Shown: one piece after another, positions 1-9,421 of the stretch
Layout of the letters: each line of letters begins with the position of its first letter
Numbering within the stretch: position 1 is the first letter of the stretch
NCBI GenBank assembly: GCA_024653945.1
Contig: JANLIT010000001.1
Span: 20,641 to 84,640 of the forward strand
Origin: Candidatus Campbellbacteria bacterium
GTDB lineage: Bacteria > Patescibacteriota > Minisyncoccia > Phycocordibacterales > EsbW-18
Reading direction: 5' to 3'
DNA: 64,000 nt
Notes under the pieces: model-generated
What the model was told of the DNA's origin: nothing
The model's database searches: none
The model's input: only the letters and a program-made list of their open reading frames with translations
Program-made: the position numbers and the translations under genes

Positions 1-565
<565 letters not shown>

Positions 566-3500
566 TTATTCGTTTTCTTCTTTTAATTCAACATCAAGCG
601 CGAGACCACGAAGGTAGTGCAAGAGCACGCTGAAGGATGCTGGTGTGTTTGGCTGTGTCAGTCGAGACCCGCGAACAATAGAATCAAACGCGGCTGAACG
701 GCCCATAATGTCATCCGATTTAATCGTAAGCATTTCACGTAGCGTGTATGCTGCACCATAACCCAAGAGCGCCCACACTTCCATTTCTCCAAATCGCTGT
801 CCTCCGTTTTGTGCACGTCCACCAAGTGGCTGTTGTGTAATAAGGGAGTACGGACCAATTGAGCGCATGTGAATCTTGTCTTCAACCATGTGTTCAAGTT
901 TGAGAATGTACATGTATCCAACCGCAATGTCGTTTTCAAACTGCTCACCTGTGCGTCCGTCAGTGAGTTTCATTTTTCCGTTTTCTGAAAAACCGGCTGC
1001 TTTCAATTCAGATTTTATTTCGTCTTCAGATGCTCCCACAAACGGTGGCACAACCGCTTGGTAGCCAAGTGTTTTTGCAGCCATACCGAGGTGCAGTTCA
1101 AGAATCTGACCCAAGTTCATACGGCTCGGCACGCCAAGTGGAGTCAAAATAACATCAACAGGTGTTCCATCTGCCATGTGTGGCATGTCCTCAATAGGAA
1201 CTACGCGTGAAATAACACCCTTATTTCCATGTCGCCCAGCAAGTTTGTCACCAACAGTGATGTTTCGAAGCTGTGCGATTTCAATATAAATTTTCTTGAT
1301 GATTCCAGATTCAAGTTGATCTCCCTTTTCTCGTGAAAAGACTTTGATACCAATAACACGCCCGCGCTTTCCTCCTTCCATGCGAAGTGACGTGTCTTTC
1401 ACATCGCGAGCCTTGTCACCAAAGATGGAACGCAACAGACGTTCTTCTGGAGTTAGTTGTGATTCTCCTTTTGGTGTAATTTTTCCAACAAGAATATCAC
1501 CTGGTTGTACCTCTGAACCAATGCGAATAATTCCTTCTTCATCAAGATTGCGGAGCTTCAGTTCCCCAACGTTTGGAATATCGTTTGTGGTTACTTCTGG
1601 TCCAAGTTTTGTATCGCGTACGTTGGAAGAAAATTCCTCGATGTGAATAGAAGTGAGATAGTTATCACGGACAAGTCGTTCCGACAAAATAATAGCGTCT
1701 TCAAAGTTATTTCCTGACCATGGCATAAACGCAACGAGAAGGTTTTGTCCAAGAGCAATCTGACCATCGGCACTCGTTGATGTGTCGGCAAGCAACTCTC
1801 CACGCTTGACGCTGTCGCCGAGAGATACTGCTGGACGCTGGTGAAACACTGTAAATCCGTTTGTTCGAGAGAAGGTAATGAGTTTGTATTCGTCGTCTTT
1901 TCCTTTTGCATTTTTCACTACAATCTTTTTTGCATCAACGTAGGTTACCTTTCCAGCTTCTCGTGCATAGACCAGTCGTCCCGAATCACGTGCAGCGCGT
2001 TCCTCAATACCTGTTGCAACGAGAGGTACTTCGGGTCGAATACAAGGAACCGCCTGCTTCTGCATGTTTGATGCCATGAGCGCACGGTTTGCTTCGTTGT
2101 GATTCAAAAATGGGACGAGAGCTGTTGCAATTGAGTATGCTTGGTTTGTTGCAACATCAATATACTCAACTTCTTTTGCAGATACTGAAACTGGTCGTCC
2201 CTTCACACGGATGTCAACACGTTCATCAGTTATGACACCTTTATCACTGCGCGCAATAGCAGCATGGGCGATTTTGTAGTTTTGTTCATCTTGCGCATTG
2301 AGATATACCACCTCACCGGAAACAACGCCATTCGTTACTTTCATGTACGGTGTTTCAATAATACCAAAATCGTTGATTCGAGCGTACGTCGCTAGGTGTA
2401 GAATAAGACCTATGTTTGGACCTTCCGGGGTGTGGATAGGACACAAGCGTCCGTAGTGCGATACATGTACATCACGAACTTCAAATCCTGCCCGCTCACG
2501 TGAAAGGCCCCCCGGGCCGAGAGCCGACAGTGTTCGAAGGTGTTCCAATTCAGAAAGGATGTTCTCCTGGGCCATGAATTGAGAAAGTTGGTTTGTGCTG
2601 AAAAACTCCCTAATTTGGCCCTGAAGTGGTCGTGGATTGATGACCTGTGTAGGCATTGTTGTCTCCGTATCAATAATAGACATACGGTCCTGAATGTTTC
2701 GCTTCATACGAGCGAATCCAACACGCATTTTTTGTTGCATCATTTCACCAACATATCGAACGCGACGTGATGCAAGGTCGTCAACGTCGTCCGCCTGTGC
2801 GTCTGGTGTAATATTCAAAGAAACAATGTAATTAATAATGGTGAGTACATCATCCAATGAAAGAGTTCTTTCACCCATTACTTTTTTGTCCATTGACTTG
2901 CCAAAACGTTGATTGAAACGAAAACGTCCAACTTCAGAAAGATCATATCGTTCCGTATTAAATATTGAATTAACAAAATCACGCGCATTTTCTGCAGTTG
3001 CAAGTTCACCGTCACGAAGTTTTTTGTGAATCTCAATAAATGAATCGTCAACCGTTTGAGCGGTGTCATGTGCAAATGTCTTTTCAATAAAAGGGAGTGC
3101 GGGGGTGCCAGCAAACAATTCCAAAATGTCTTCTTTTGTTTGAACACCAAAAACACGCAAGAGGTGTGTTACAGGGAACTTTCTTTTTCTATCAATACGA
3201 ACCTGTAGTGATGCGTTTGGTTCTGTTTCAATTTCAATCCATGCCCCGCGAGATGGAATAATTTTTGCACCAAAATATTCTTTTCCTCGAAATTCCTGTG
3301 ATGTGAACAAAACTCCAAACGAACGGATAAGTTGCGGAACAATGACACGCTCAACACCGTTAATAATGAATGTTCCGTGATCTGTCTGAATAGGAAGGTC
3401 TGAGAGGAAAATTTCTTGCTCTTTCTCAGTACCAAGCGTTTTATTGAGAAGCTTCGCAGTTACTTTCAACTGAACCTCATAACTCAACTTGTTCTCCTTT

Positions 3501-3772
3501 GCGTGGTGTTCGTCATACATGCTCTCAGTACACATTGGATTACTGATGTGTAATTCAAATTTTTTCCCTGAGTAGTCAGAAATAGGTGAAAATTCTTTCA
3601 ACAATTCCTTCACGCCTTTTTCCATCAACCACCTAAAAGATACTATTTGAGCCTCTGAAAGATTCGGAAGTTCAAGGAGTGGCTTTTGATACTTCGCGAA
3701 GACTTTTTGTTGCATATAATTACGTAAAAAGGGACGCACGAAGCCAAACCTTGGATAAAGGTTTGTCAACAC
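566..3772 (-). CDS. rpoB: DNA-directed RNA polymerase subunit beta
   Basis: 1068-aa ORF with conserved RpoB blocks throughout (e.g. GGQRFGEMEVWALLGYGAAYTLREMLTIKSDD near the C-terminus). rpoC follows immediately. Confidence 0.95.
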   Translation of the reverse strand: MLTNLYPRFGFVRPFLRNYMQQKVFAKYQKPLLELPNLSEAQIVSFRWLMEKGVKELLKEFSPISDYSGKKFELHISNPMCTESMYDEHHAKENKLSYEVQLKVTAKLLNKTLGTEKEQEIFLSDLPIQTDHGTFIINGVERVIVPQLIRSFGVLFTSQEFRGKEYFGAKIIPSRGAWIEIETEPNASLQVRIDRKRKFPVTHLLRVFGVQTKEDILELFAGTPALPFIEKTFAHDTAQTVDDSFIEIHKKLRDGELATAENARDFVNSIFNTERYDLSEVGRFRFNQRFGKSMDKKVMGERTLSLDDVLTIINYIVSLNITPDAQADDVDDLASRRVRYVGEMMQQKMRVGFARMKRNIQDRMSIIDTETTMPTQVINPRPLQGQIREFFSTNQLSQFMAQENILSELEHLRTLSALGPGGLSRERAGFEVRDVHVSHYGRLCPIHTPEGPNIGLILHLATYARINDFGIIETPYMKVTNGVVSGEVVYLNAQDEQNYKIAHAAIARSDKGVITDERVDIRVKGRPVSVSAKEVEYIDVATNQAYSIATALVPFLNHNEANRALMASNMQKQAVPCIRPEVPLVATGIEERAARDSGRLVYAREAGKVTYVDAKKIVVKNAKGKDDEYKLITFSRTNGFTVFHQRPAVSLGDSVKRGELLADTSTSADGQIALGQNLLVAFMPWSGNNFEDAIILSERLVRDNYLTSIHIEEFSSNVRDTKLGPEVTTNDIPNVGELKLRNLDEEGIIRIGSEVQPGDILVGKITPKGESQLTPEERLLRSIFGDKARDVKDTSLRMEGGKRGRVIGIKVFSREKGDQLESGIIKKIYIEIAQLRNITVGDKLAGRHGNKGVISRVVPIEDMPHMADGTPVDVILTPLGVPSRMNLGQILELHLGMAAKTLGYQAVVPPFVGASEDEIKSELKAAGFSENGKMKLTDGRTGEQFENDIAVGYMYILKLEHMVEDKIHMRSIGPYSLITQQPLGGRAQNGGQRFGEMEVWALLGYGAAYTLREMLTIKSDDIMGRSAAFDSIVRGSRLTQPNTPASFSVLLHYLRGLALDVELKEENE

Positions 3773-3930
3773 AAGTCACAAAAAGTTATCTGCTAGCTAG
3801 GTCTAGCAAAATATGTGTTTAATCTATAAAAATCCGAGAGTGCCCCATAACTCACTCTACCCCCTGATTAGACGCCATTCTAAATTAAATATCGTTTGCA
3901 GTCAAGCCTTTTTTGTGGTGTGTGGATAAC

Positions 3931-4587
3931 TTACTTTTTGTGCGTATTCTTTCTCCAATTGTCAATGTTTTTGTGATGTCCGGATGAGAGAACTGCGGGT
4001 ACACGGCGCGACTTCCCTTTCCAGACGAATGCGTCGGGTCGTGTGTATACATCTCTTGACGCAATACGTTTCTCTTCAAGGGATTCGTAAGCACCGAGAA
4101 CTCCTTTAATGTGTCGTGCAACCGAATCAATAACAACAAGTGCCGGAATTTCTCCTCCGGTAAGCACATACGGACCGATTGATATGTCTTCTGCTTTCAA
4201 AATTCGTCTGACACGCGCATCAACACCTTCATATCGTCCTGCGATACAAATAATGTGGTCATATCGTTTTGCAAGCGTGCGAGCGAATACATTTGTAAAT
4301 TGTTTTCCAGTTGGAGAAAAGAAAATAATTTTTGTACGTTCTTTTTTATTTTTTCTTTTCTTCTGTACAGATTCTATCGCCTTCAAAATAGGTTCTGCTT
4401 TCATGACCATGCCCGGACCACCACCGTATGGTTTATCATCAGTTTTGTGGTGTTTGTCTGTCGTAAACGTTCGTGGATTTATAAAAGAAACGGAAAGGAG
4501 TTTTTTCTCTTGTGCCCGCTTCAAAATAGAGCTCTGTACGTAGGACTCAATTGATTCTGGAAAAAGAGTAATGACGGTGCATTTCAT
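3931..4587 (-). CDS. trmD: tRNA (guanine37-N1)-methyltransferase
   Basis: ITLFPE...NPRTFTTDKHHKTDDKPYGGGPGMVMKAEP matches TrmD motifs. It sits in the operon position after rpsP-KH. Confidence 0.9.
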   Translation of the reverse strand: MKCTVITLFPESIESYVQSSILKRAQEKKLLSVSFINPRTFTTDKHHKTDDKPYGGGPGMVMKAEPILKAIESVQKKRKNKKERTKIIFFSPTGKQFTNVFARTLAKRYDHIICIAGRYEGVDARVRRILKAEDISIGPYVLTGGEIPALVVIDSVARHIKGVLGAYESLEEKRIASRDVYTRPDAFVWKGKSRRVPAVLSSGHHKNIDNWRKNTHKK

Positions 4588-4666
4588 GCCGACATCCTAA
4601 CACACAACCCGCTTTTGTGGCGGGTTGTGTTTTGATACATGTTTTGTGTTACATGCTGCGTGTCTT

Positions 4667-4978
4667 CTATTCTTTCAATGCTGCCATCGCATCGTCAATA
4701 TTTGCTGCGGCCATTCGTGTTGAACCTTCTGGTTCAAGAATTTTCAAATTAACACGTGCATTGTTTCGCATGCCGACAACTCGGAGCAAAGTGCGAATTG
4801 CTTTTGCTGTGTTGCCTGAACGGCCGACGACAGTACCCATGTCTTTTTGATTAACCTTCAATGTAATAAGCACGCCCATCTCATCGACGGTGCGAACGAC
4901 TTTCACATCAGCCGGAACTTCTACAAGCGCCTTAACAACTGCTTCAAGAAATACTGCGTCTTGATACTCTTGTGTCAT
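4667..4978 (-). CDS. KH-domain RNA-binding protein (YlqC/UPF0109-like)
   Basis: 103 aa with a GRSGNTAKAIRTLL KH-type GXXG loop. Conserved position between rpsP and trmD. Confidence 0.7.
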   Translation of the reverse strand: MTQEYQDAVFLEAVVKALVEVPADVKVVRTVDEMGVLITLKVNQKDMGTVVGRSGNTAKAIRTLLRVVGMRNNARVNLKILEPEGSTRMAAANIDDAMAALKE

Positions 4979-5127
4979 GGTATGTGACTAAGTTCTAGTA
5001 AACCTGTTTAACTTTCAAACAGAGCCCCCTCGGCGATTACCGACGGTTTGAGTATGAGTATACTGTTTGAATAAAAAAATGTCCACGGCTTTTGAGGGCC
5101 GTGAATATTTTTAAAATTGTATGAAAG

Positions 5128-5619
5128 TTAGGCTGTTGGGGTCTCTTCTGGAGCTAGTACTGGTACTTCTTCTGCTAGGGTTGCTGGAGTTTCTTCAACA
5201 GAAACCACTGGAACTTCTTCTGCGACAGGCGTTGGTACCTCCTCAACAGGAGCTACTGGAACTTCTTCTGCAACAGATGCCTCAACTATGGCCTCCGCTT
5301 GAACTGGTGCTGGAGCTACTGTTACTTCGGGCTCATCCTTCTTGATAGGACTTTTCTTAGGAAGAGCGTTTCGCTTTTTGCCCTCAACTGCTCCAGCTGT
5401 TACGAGCATGTTGTATACCGTGTCTGATGGTTGTGCTCCTTTAGACATCCAGTACTTTGCTTTTTCAGAGTCAAGTGTTTTTTGCTTTGTCACTGCATTA
5501 TAAAAACCAATTTGGTCAACGTGTTTGCCCGCCTTTGGACCCTGTGTTGACTCAAGAACAACCACTCGGAATGAGGGGTCATTTTTTCGTCCAACGCGTT
5601 GTAGTCGTATTTTTAGCAT
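5128..5619 (-). CDS. rpsP: 30S ribosomal protein S16 with a low-complexity C-terminal extension (EEVP/APV repeats)
   Basis: N-terminus MLKIRLQRVGRKNDPSFRVVV...GFYN is canonical S16. About 60 C-terminal residues are Pro/Glu/Val-rich repeats. Confidence 0.85.
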   Translation of the reverse strand: MLKIRLQRVGRKNDPSFRVVVLESTQGPKAGKHVDQIGFYNAVTKQKTLDSEKAKYWMSKGAQPSDTVYNMLVTAGAVEGKKRNALPKKSPIKKDEPEVTVAPAPVQAEAIVEASVAEEVPVAPVEEVPTPVAEEVPVVSVEETPATLAEEVPVLAPEETPTA

Positions 5620-5735
5620 GTGAAATGAAAACTGCCATCTGGCAGTTGTGATACTGTACCAAATACTCGCATAAAAGACAATCCCACCCTGAGCTTAGGG
5701 TGGGATTGAAAGAACAAACAGAAAGGAGAACCCAT

Positions 5736-6398
5736 CTAGTTTCCCGACCACGTGAACTTGTGCGTCCAGTTACTTGAGCTGGTGTTGGTGTAGCTGTTGC
5801 AGTTGACGCCCGGTGTACAATAATCACCGCTCGGAAACCGCGACGTGTTTTTGGAACGAGAAGCCGAGCCTGTGGTGGTGTAACCTGCATGCACGTGTGT
5901 TCCATTCCACGCACCACATCCTGTGTCTTGAATCATGCTTCCGAGAGTTCGTGAGTTGAGTTCCCCACTACCAGACGTGGCAATGGAAAAATCTGCAGTT
6001 GAATTCATTGACGCGTGAAGGTATCGCATCGTGCCTCGAATTTGCAGAGCAGCAGTATCCACAATGTATGCTCTCTGCTCTTCGCATCTGTCACCACCGC
6101 CACTAATACGAACGCGTTTTCCTATGAGTCGATTGGTTTCGCGCGGAGAACCGCCTCTCGTAAAAATACCTCGGAAATAAACAGAGGAGGTACTCGTGTT
6201 GTCCCAATCAAGAAAGTCCCCACTTCCAGCTCCACACGAACCACCATGGAAACCGCAGGTGAGAGTTGGTGCTTGTCCGGAAGAACCAGACGCTGGGAGC
6301 ATCTTCACAAGATACGTGACGAGCGGGGCACTCTCGGTGGGCACGGAAAAACCCAACAGCACACCAAGAAAAATCGGGAACATCCATCGGAATCTCAT
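5736..6398 (-). CDS. secreted hypothetical protein (signal peptide; Gly/Ser/Thr/Cys-rich)
   Basis: N-terminal hydrophobic signal MRFRWMFPIFLGVLLGF. I recognise no family. GC about 52%. Confidence 0.45.
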   Translation of the reverse strand: MRFRWMFPIFLGVLLGFSVPTESAPLVTYLVKMLPASGSSGQAPTLTCGFHGGSCGAGSGDFLDWDNTSTSSVYFRGIFTRGGSPRETNRLIGKRVRISGGGDRCEEQRAYIVDTAALQIRGTMRYLHASMNSTADFSIATSGSGELNSRTLGSMIQDTGCGAWNGTHVHAGYTTTGSASRSKNTSRFPSGDYCTPGVNCNSYTNTSSSNWTHKFTWSGN

Positions 6399-6412
6399 CC
6401 CATTCTCCTTTT

Positions 6413-7114
6413 CTACTGCGTACGCGTTGTTGACGCGACGAGTTCAACAAGTTTCATAAACTCATCACGAGACAGGTTTGCTGTGCCGATAAATGTCTTT
6501 CCGAACGATTCGGAAATCCACGCATTTCCGTTTTCCAAAAAACCTTCTTTGGTCAACGGTTCAATAACAACCACATCTCTTCCTGCAATCTTCATGAGCT
6601 TTGGACGTTCCGAAGAAACACTCACTTCGTCGTATTCAAGAATACTTCGCCCGATGATAATGTTTGCGTTGTCATAGGGCGACTTGAAGGAATACACTCT
6701 GCGAGCTGCGTAGACAATGTCGTTATCCGCACATGCAATAACTCCATTGTTTATGTCGTCTTCCTGCAAAACATAACCCTCAGAAAGATCCAGCGTAAGT
6801 TCAAGTGCTCCTGCACGATCCCAAGAGACGTCCACAGACCCAGAATCGGGTGACCCGCAGACATCTTCATACGAGGTGAACTTCTCTGGTACGGGTGTGC
6901 CTTGTGGTGCAAGAAAGATACCACCGATTTCACCCTCGAAACGTGGTTTAGCGCGCTCCTGCGCTTCCAGAGCACTGTTGTCGGGAATACGCTGAAGACG
7001 AACCTCATCATCAGCAACGAGTGTGGTGCGCAGGTAGAGAGCCCCAACAAAACCAGACACGATGAGAAGTGCGAAAAGAAAAATGGCGCGAAACGACAAC
7101 ATACGAATGTTCAT
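6413..7114 (-). CDS. membrane-anchored hypothetical protein (N-terminal TM helix)
   Basis: The internal ATG at 7114 is preceded by AAGGAG. The N-terminus MNIRMLSFRAIFLFALLIVSGFVGALYL is a TM/signal anchor. Confidence 0.45.
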   Translation of the reverse strand: MNIRMLSFRAIFLFALLIVSGFVGALYLRTTLVADDEVRLQRIPDNSALEAQERAKPRFEGEIGGIFLAPQGTPVPEKFTSYEDVCGSPDSGSVDVSWDRAGALELTLDLSEGYVLQEDDINNGVIACADNDIVYAARRVYSFKSPYDNANIIIGRSILEYDEVSVSSERPKLMKIAGRDVVVIEPLTKEGFLENGNAWISESFGKTFIGTANLSRDEFMKLVELVASTTRTQ

Positions 7115-7360
7115 TGTGTGCTCCTTGTGGTTAGTGATAGTTAATAAACAACTGCCCTTTGCTACACGATAGAAAACTTTTTTCCTCCTTTCTGTTGTCA
7201 AAGATCTGTCTGAGCATGAGTATATGTATGAGAGGTGAAGGAAAAATAAAGTGTTACATACAGTATAAAACACTCTCATGAAGGATAAAAATTAAAATAA
7301 CCAAACGCATAGTAGTGCAAAAAGTGCCTAAAATATGGTATTCTTATCCCCACACAAGAC

Positions 7361-9337
7361 ATGAAAGGCAAGAAACACCCCCATCACGACCGCCGTGCCC
7401 ACAAAAAAAAGGACGCACCAAAGCGATCAACACAACGATTTGAAAACACCATCCGCACGATTGCTCGAGGTGTTGGTTTTGTTCCACACCCGAGCATAGA
7501 AAAAGAGGATGTTCGTATTGAAAATGACAACCTCAACACCGCACTCAATAACGACCTCGTTGAGGTAGAACTTCTCGGAAAAAAATTGCGTGACCAACAC
7601 CTGGGCTGTGTAATTCGTGTGGTCCATCGTTCACGAACAAAATTTGTGGGAAACGTTGTTGAGGAAGACGATATGACATTTCTCATTCCCGACGACCGAA
7701 AAAGCTACATTAAAATACTACTTTCAAAAGATGAAAAACTCTCTATTGCTGAAAAAGTATTTGTAGAGCTTTTACCGTGGACTGACCCAAAAGAGCTACC
7801 TCGTGGAAAAGTGATTGAACGACTCGGCACCAAAGGTGTACATGAAGTTGAAATTCGTTCCATTATTTTGGAAAAAGGAATTGATGATACGTTTCCAAAA
7901 GCGGTTGAGGATGAGGCGGAGAAAATACACTCCGCATATAAAACAGAAAACAACCTTGTGGGACGTAAAGATTTTCGCAATGTACCAACATTCACCATTG
8001 ACCCCGTTGATGCAAAAGATTTTGATGATGCAATTTCATTTCAATCTCTTCCCGATGGCACCTACGAAATTGGTGTGCACATTGCTGACGTATCGCACTT
8101 TGTCACACCCGGAAGTGCCCTTGACCAGGAATCCTACAAACGCGCGTTTTCTGCATACCTTGTTGACCGCACCATTCCGATGCTTCCTGAAATTCTTTCA
8201 AATGATTTGTGTAGCTTGAAAGCAGATGTTGACCGACTCACCTTCTCTGCATGGTTCACCCTTGTACAAGACGGCACTGTGCTCACCCGCAATTTTGGAA
8301 AATCAATCATTCACTCGGACAAACGCTTCACCTATGAAGAGGCGCAGGAGGTCTTAAACGCCGGCTCAGGGCTTTATTTTAAAGAACTCAATACACTCAA
8401 CACCATTGCAAAGAAATCACGCGATGAACGCATGGCGTCTGGCGCTATTGATTTTGAACAACACGAGGTGCGTTTTGAACTTGCCGATGATGGTGTTCCC
8501 TTGTCCGCATATTTGAAAGAACGTCTTGATACACACAAATTAATTGAGGAGTTCATGTTACTTGCCAACAGAGAAGTTGCTGAACATGTGCGAAATAAAT
8601 ATGGAAAAGCTCGCCACGCATTCATCTATCGCATCCATGACACACCAAATATGGAGAAAATTAAAGATCTCGCTGAGTTTGCACACGCGCTTGGTCACAC
8701 TCTTGAAATCTCTCCAAAAGGAACAGTGACCGGAAAAGCACTCAACAAACTTTTTAAAGATGTTGAAGGAACTCCCGAAGAAGACCTCATCGCGACAGCG
8801 GGTGTACGTTCTATGTCAAAAGCTATCTACTCAACGGCAAATATTGGACACTTTGGTCTTGCGCTTCCCGCCTATACACACTTTACGTCTCCTATTCGCC
8901 GATACGCTGATCTTATTGTGCACCGTCTTTTGGATTACATGAATACTAATGGCCAACTCCCCAATGAAGATTATGCGACATACGCAGCCATTGCCGACAG
9001 TATTTCAAACCGCGAGCTTTCCATTATTGAAGCCGAGCGCGAATCCATCAAACTTAAACAGGCAGAATACATGAACGCACGTATTGGAGAGGCTTTTGAT
9101 GCGGTTATTTCAGGCGTATCCGAATGGGGTATTTTTGTTGAAGAAATGAATACACACGCCGAAGGGCTGATTCGTCTCTCCGACATGCCAAATGATTTCT
9201 ACAAATACGAACAAAAAAAGTATCGCATCATTGGACAAAAAACACACAAGACGTATGCACTCGGAGACCAAGTACGCATAACCATCAAAGCGGTTGATGT
9301 GGACAAAAAATTGATTGAGTGTGCCCTCGTTGCGTAA
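7361..9337 (+). CDS. rnr: ribonuclease R (RNB-family 3'-5' exoribonuclease with C-terminal S1 domain)
   Basis: The RNB catalytic motif HFGLALPAYTHFTSPIRRYADLIVHR is present. A basic N-terminal tail and an S1-like C-terminus flank it. Confidence 0.9.
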   Translation: MKGKKHPHHDRRAHKKKDAPKRSTQRFENTIRTIARGVGFVPHPSIEKEDVRIENDNLNTALNNDLVEVELLGKKLRDQHLGCVIRVVHRSRTKFVGNVVEEDDMTFLIPDDRKSYIKILLSKDEKLSIAEKVFVELLPWTDPKELPRGKVIERLGTKGVHEVEIRSIILEKGIDDTFPKAVEDEAEKIHSAYKTENNLVGRKDFRNVPTFTIDPVDAKDFDDAISFQSLPDGTYEIGVHIADVSHFVTPGSALDQESYKRAFSAYLVDRTIPMLPEILSNDLCSLKADVDRLTFSAWFTLVQDGTVLTRNFGKSIIHSDKRFTYEEAQEVLNAGSGLYFKELNTLNTIAKKSRDERMASGAIDFEQHEVRFELADDGVPLSAYLKERLDTHKLIEEFMLLANREVAEHVRNKYGKARHAFIYRIHDTPNMEKIKDLAEFAHALGHTLEISPKGTVTGKALNKLFKDVEGTPEEDLIATAGVRSMSKAIYSTANIGHFGLALPAYTHFTSPIRRYADLIVHRLLDYMNTNGQLPNEDYATYAAIADSISNRELSIIEAERESIKLKQAEYMNARIGEAFDAVISGVSEWGIFVEEMNTHAEGLIRLSDMPNDFYKYEQKKYRIIGQKTHKTYALGDQVRITIKAVDVDKKLIECALVA

Positions 9338-9348
9338 AGATATGAGAA

Positions 9349-9380
9349 CGCCCCGCGTATCCGTTTGGATACGCGGGGCG
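9349..9380 (+). terminator. intrinsic terminator after rnr (possibly bidirectional)
   Basis: 12-bp GC-rich stem cgccccgcgtat / atacgcggggcg with an 8-nt loop. A T-rich tract follows on the + strand. Confidence 0.7.
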
Positions 9381-9421
9381 TTTGCTATTTGCTATTAGAT
9401 ATTTGATATTTCCCCCAAGAA

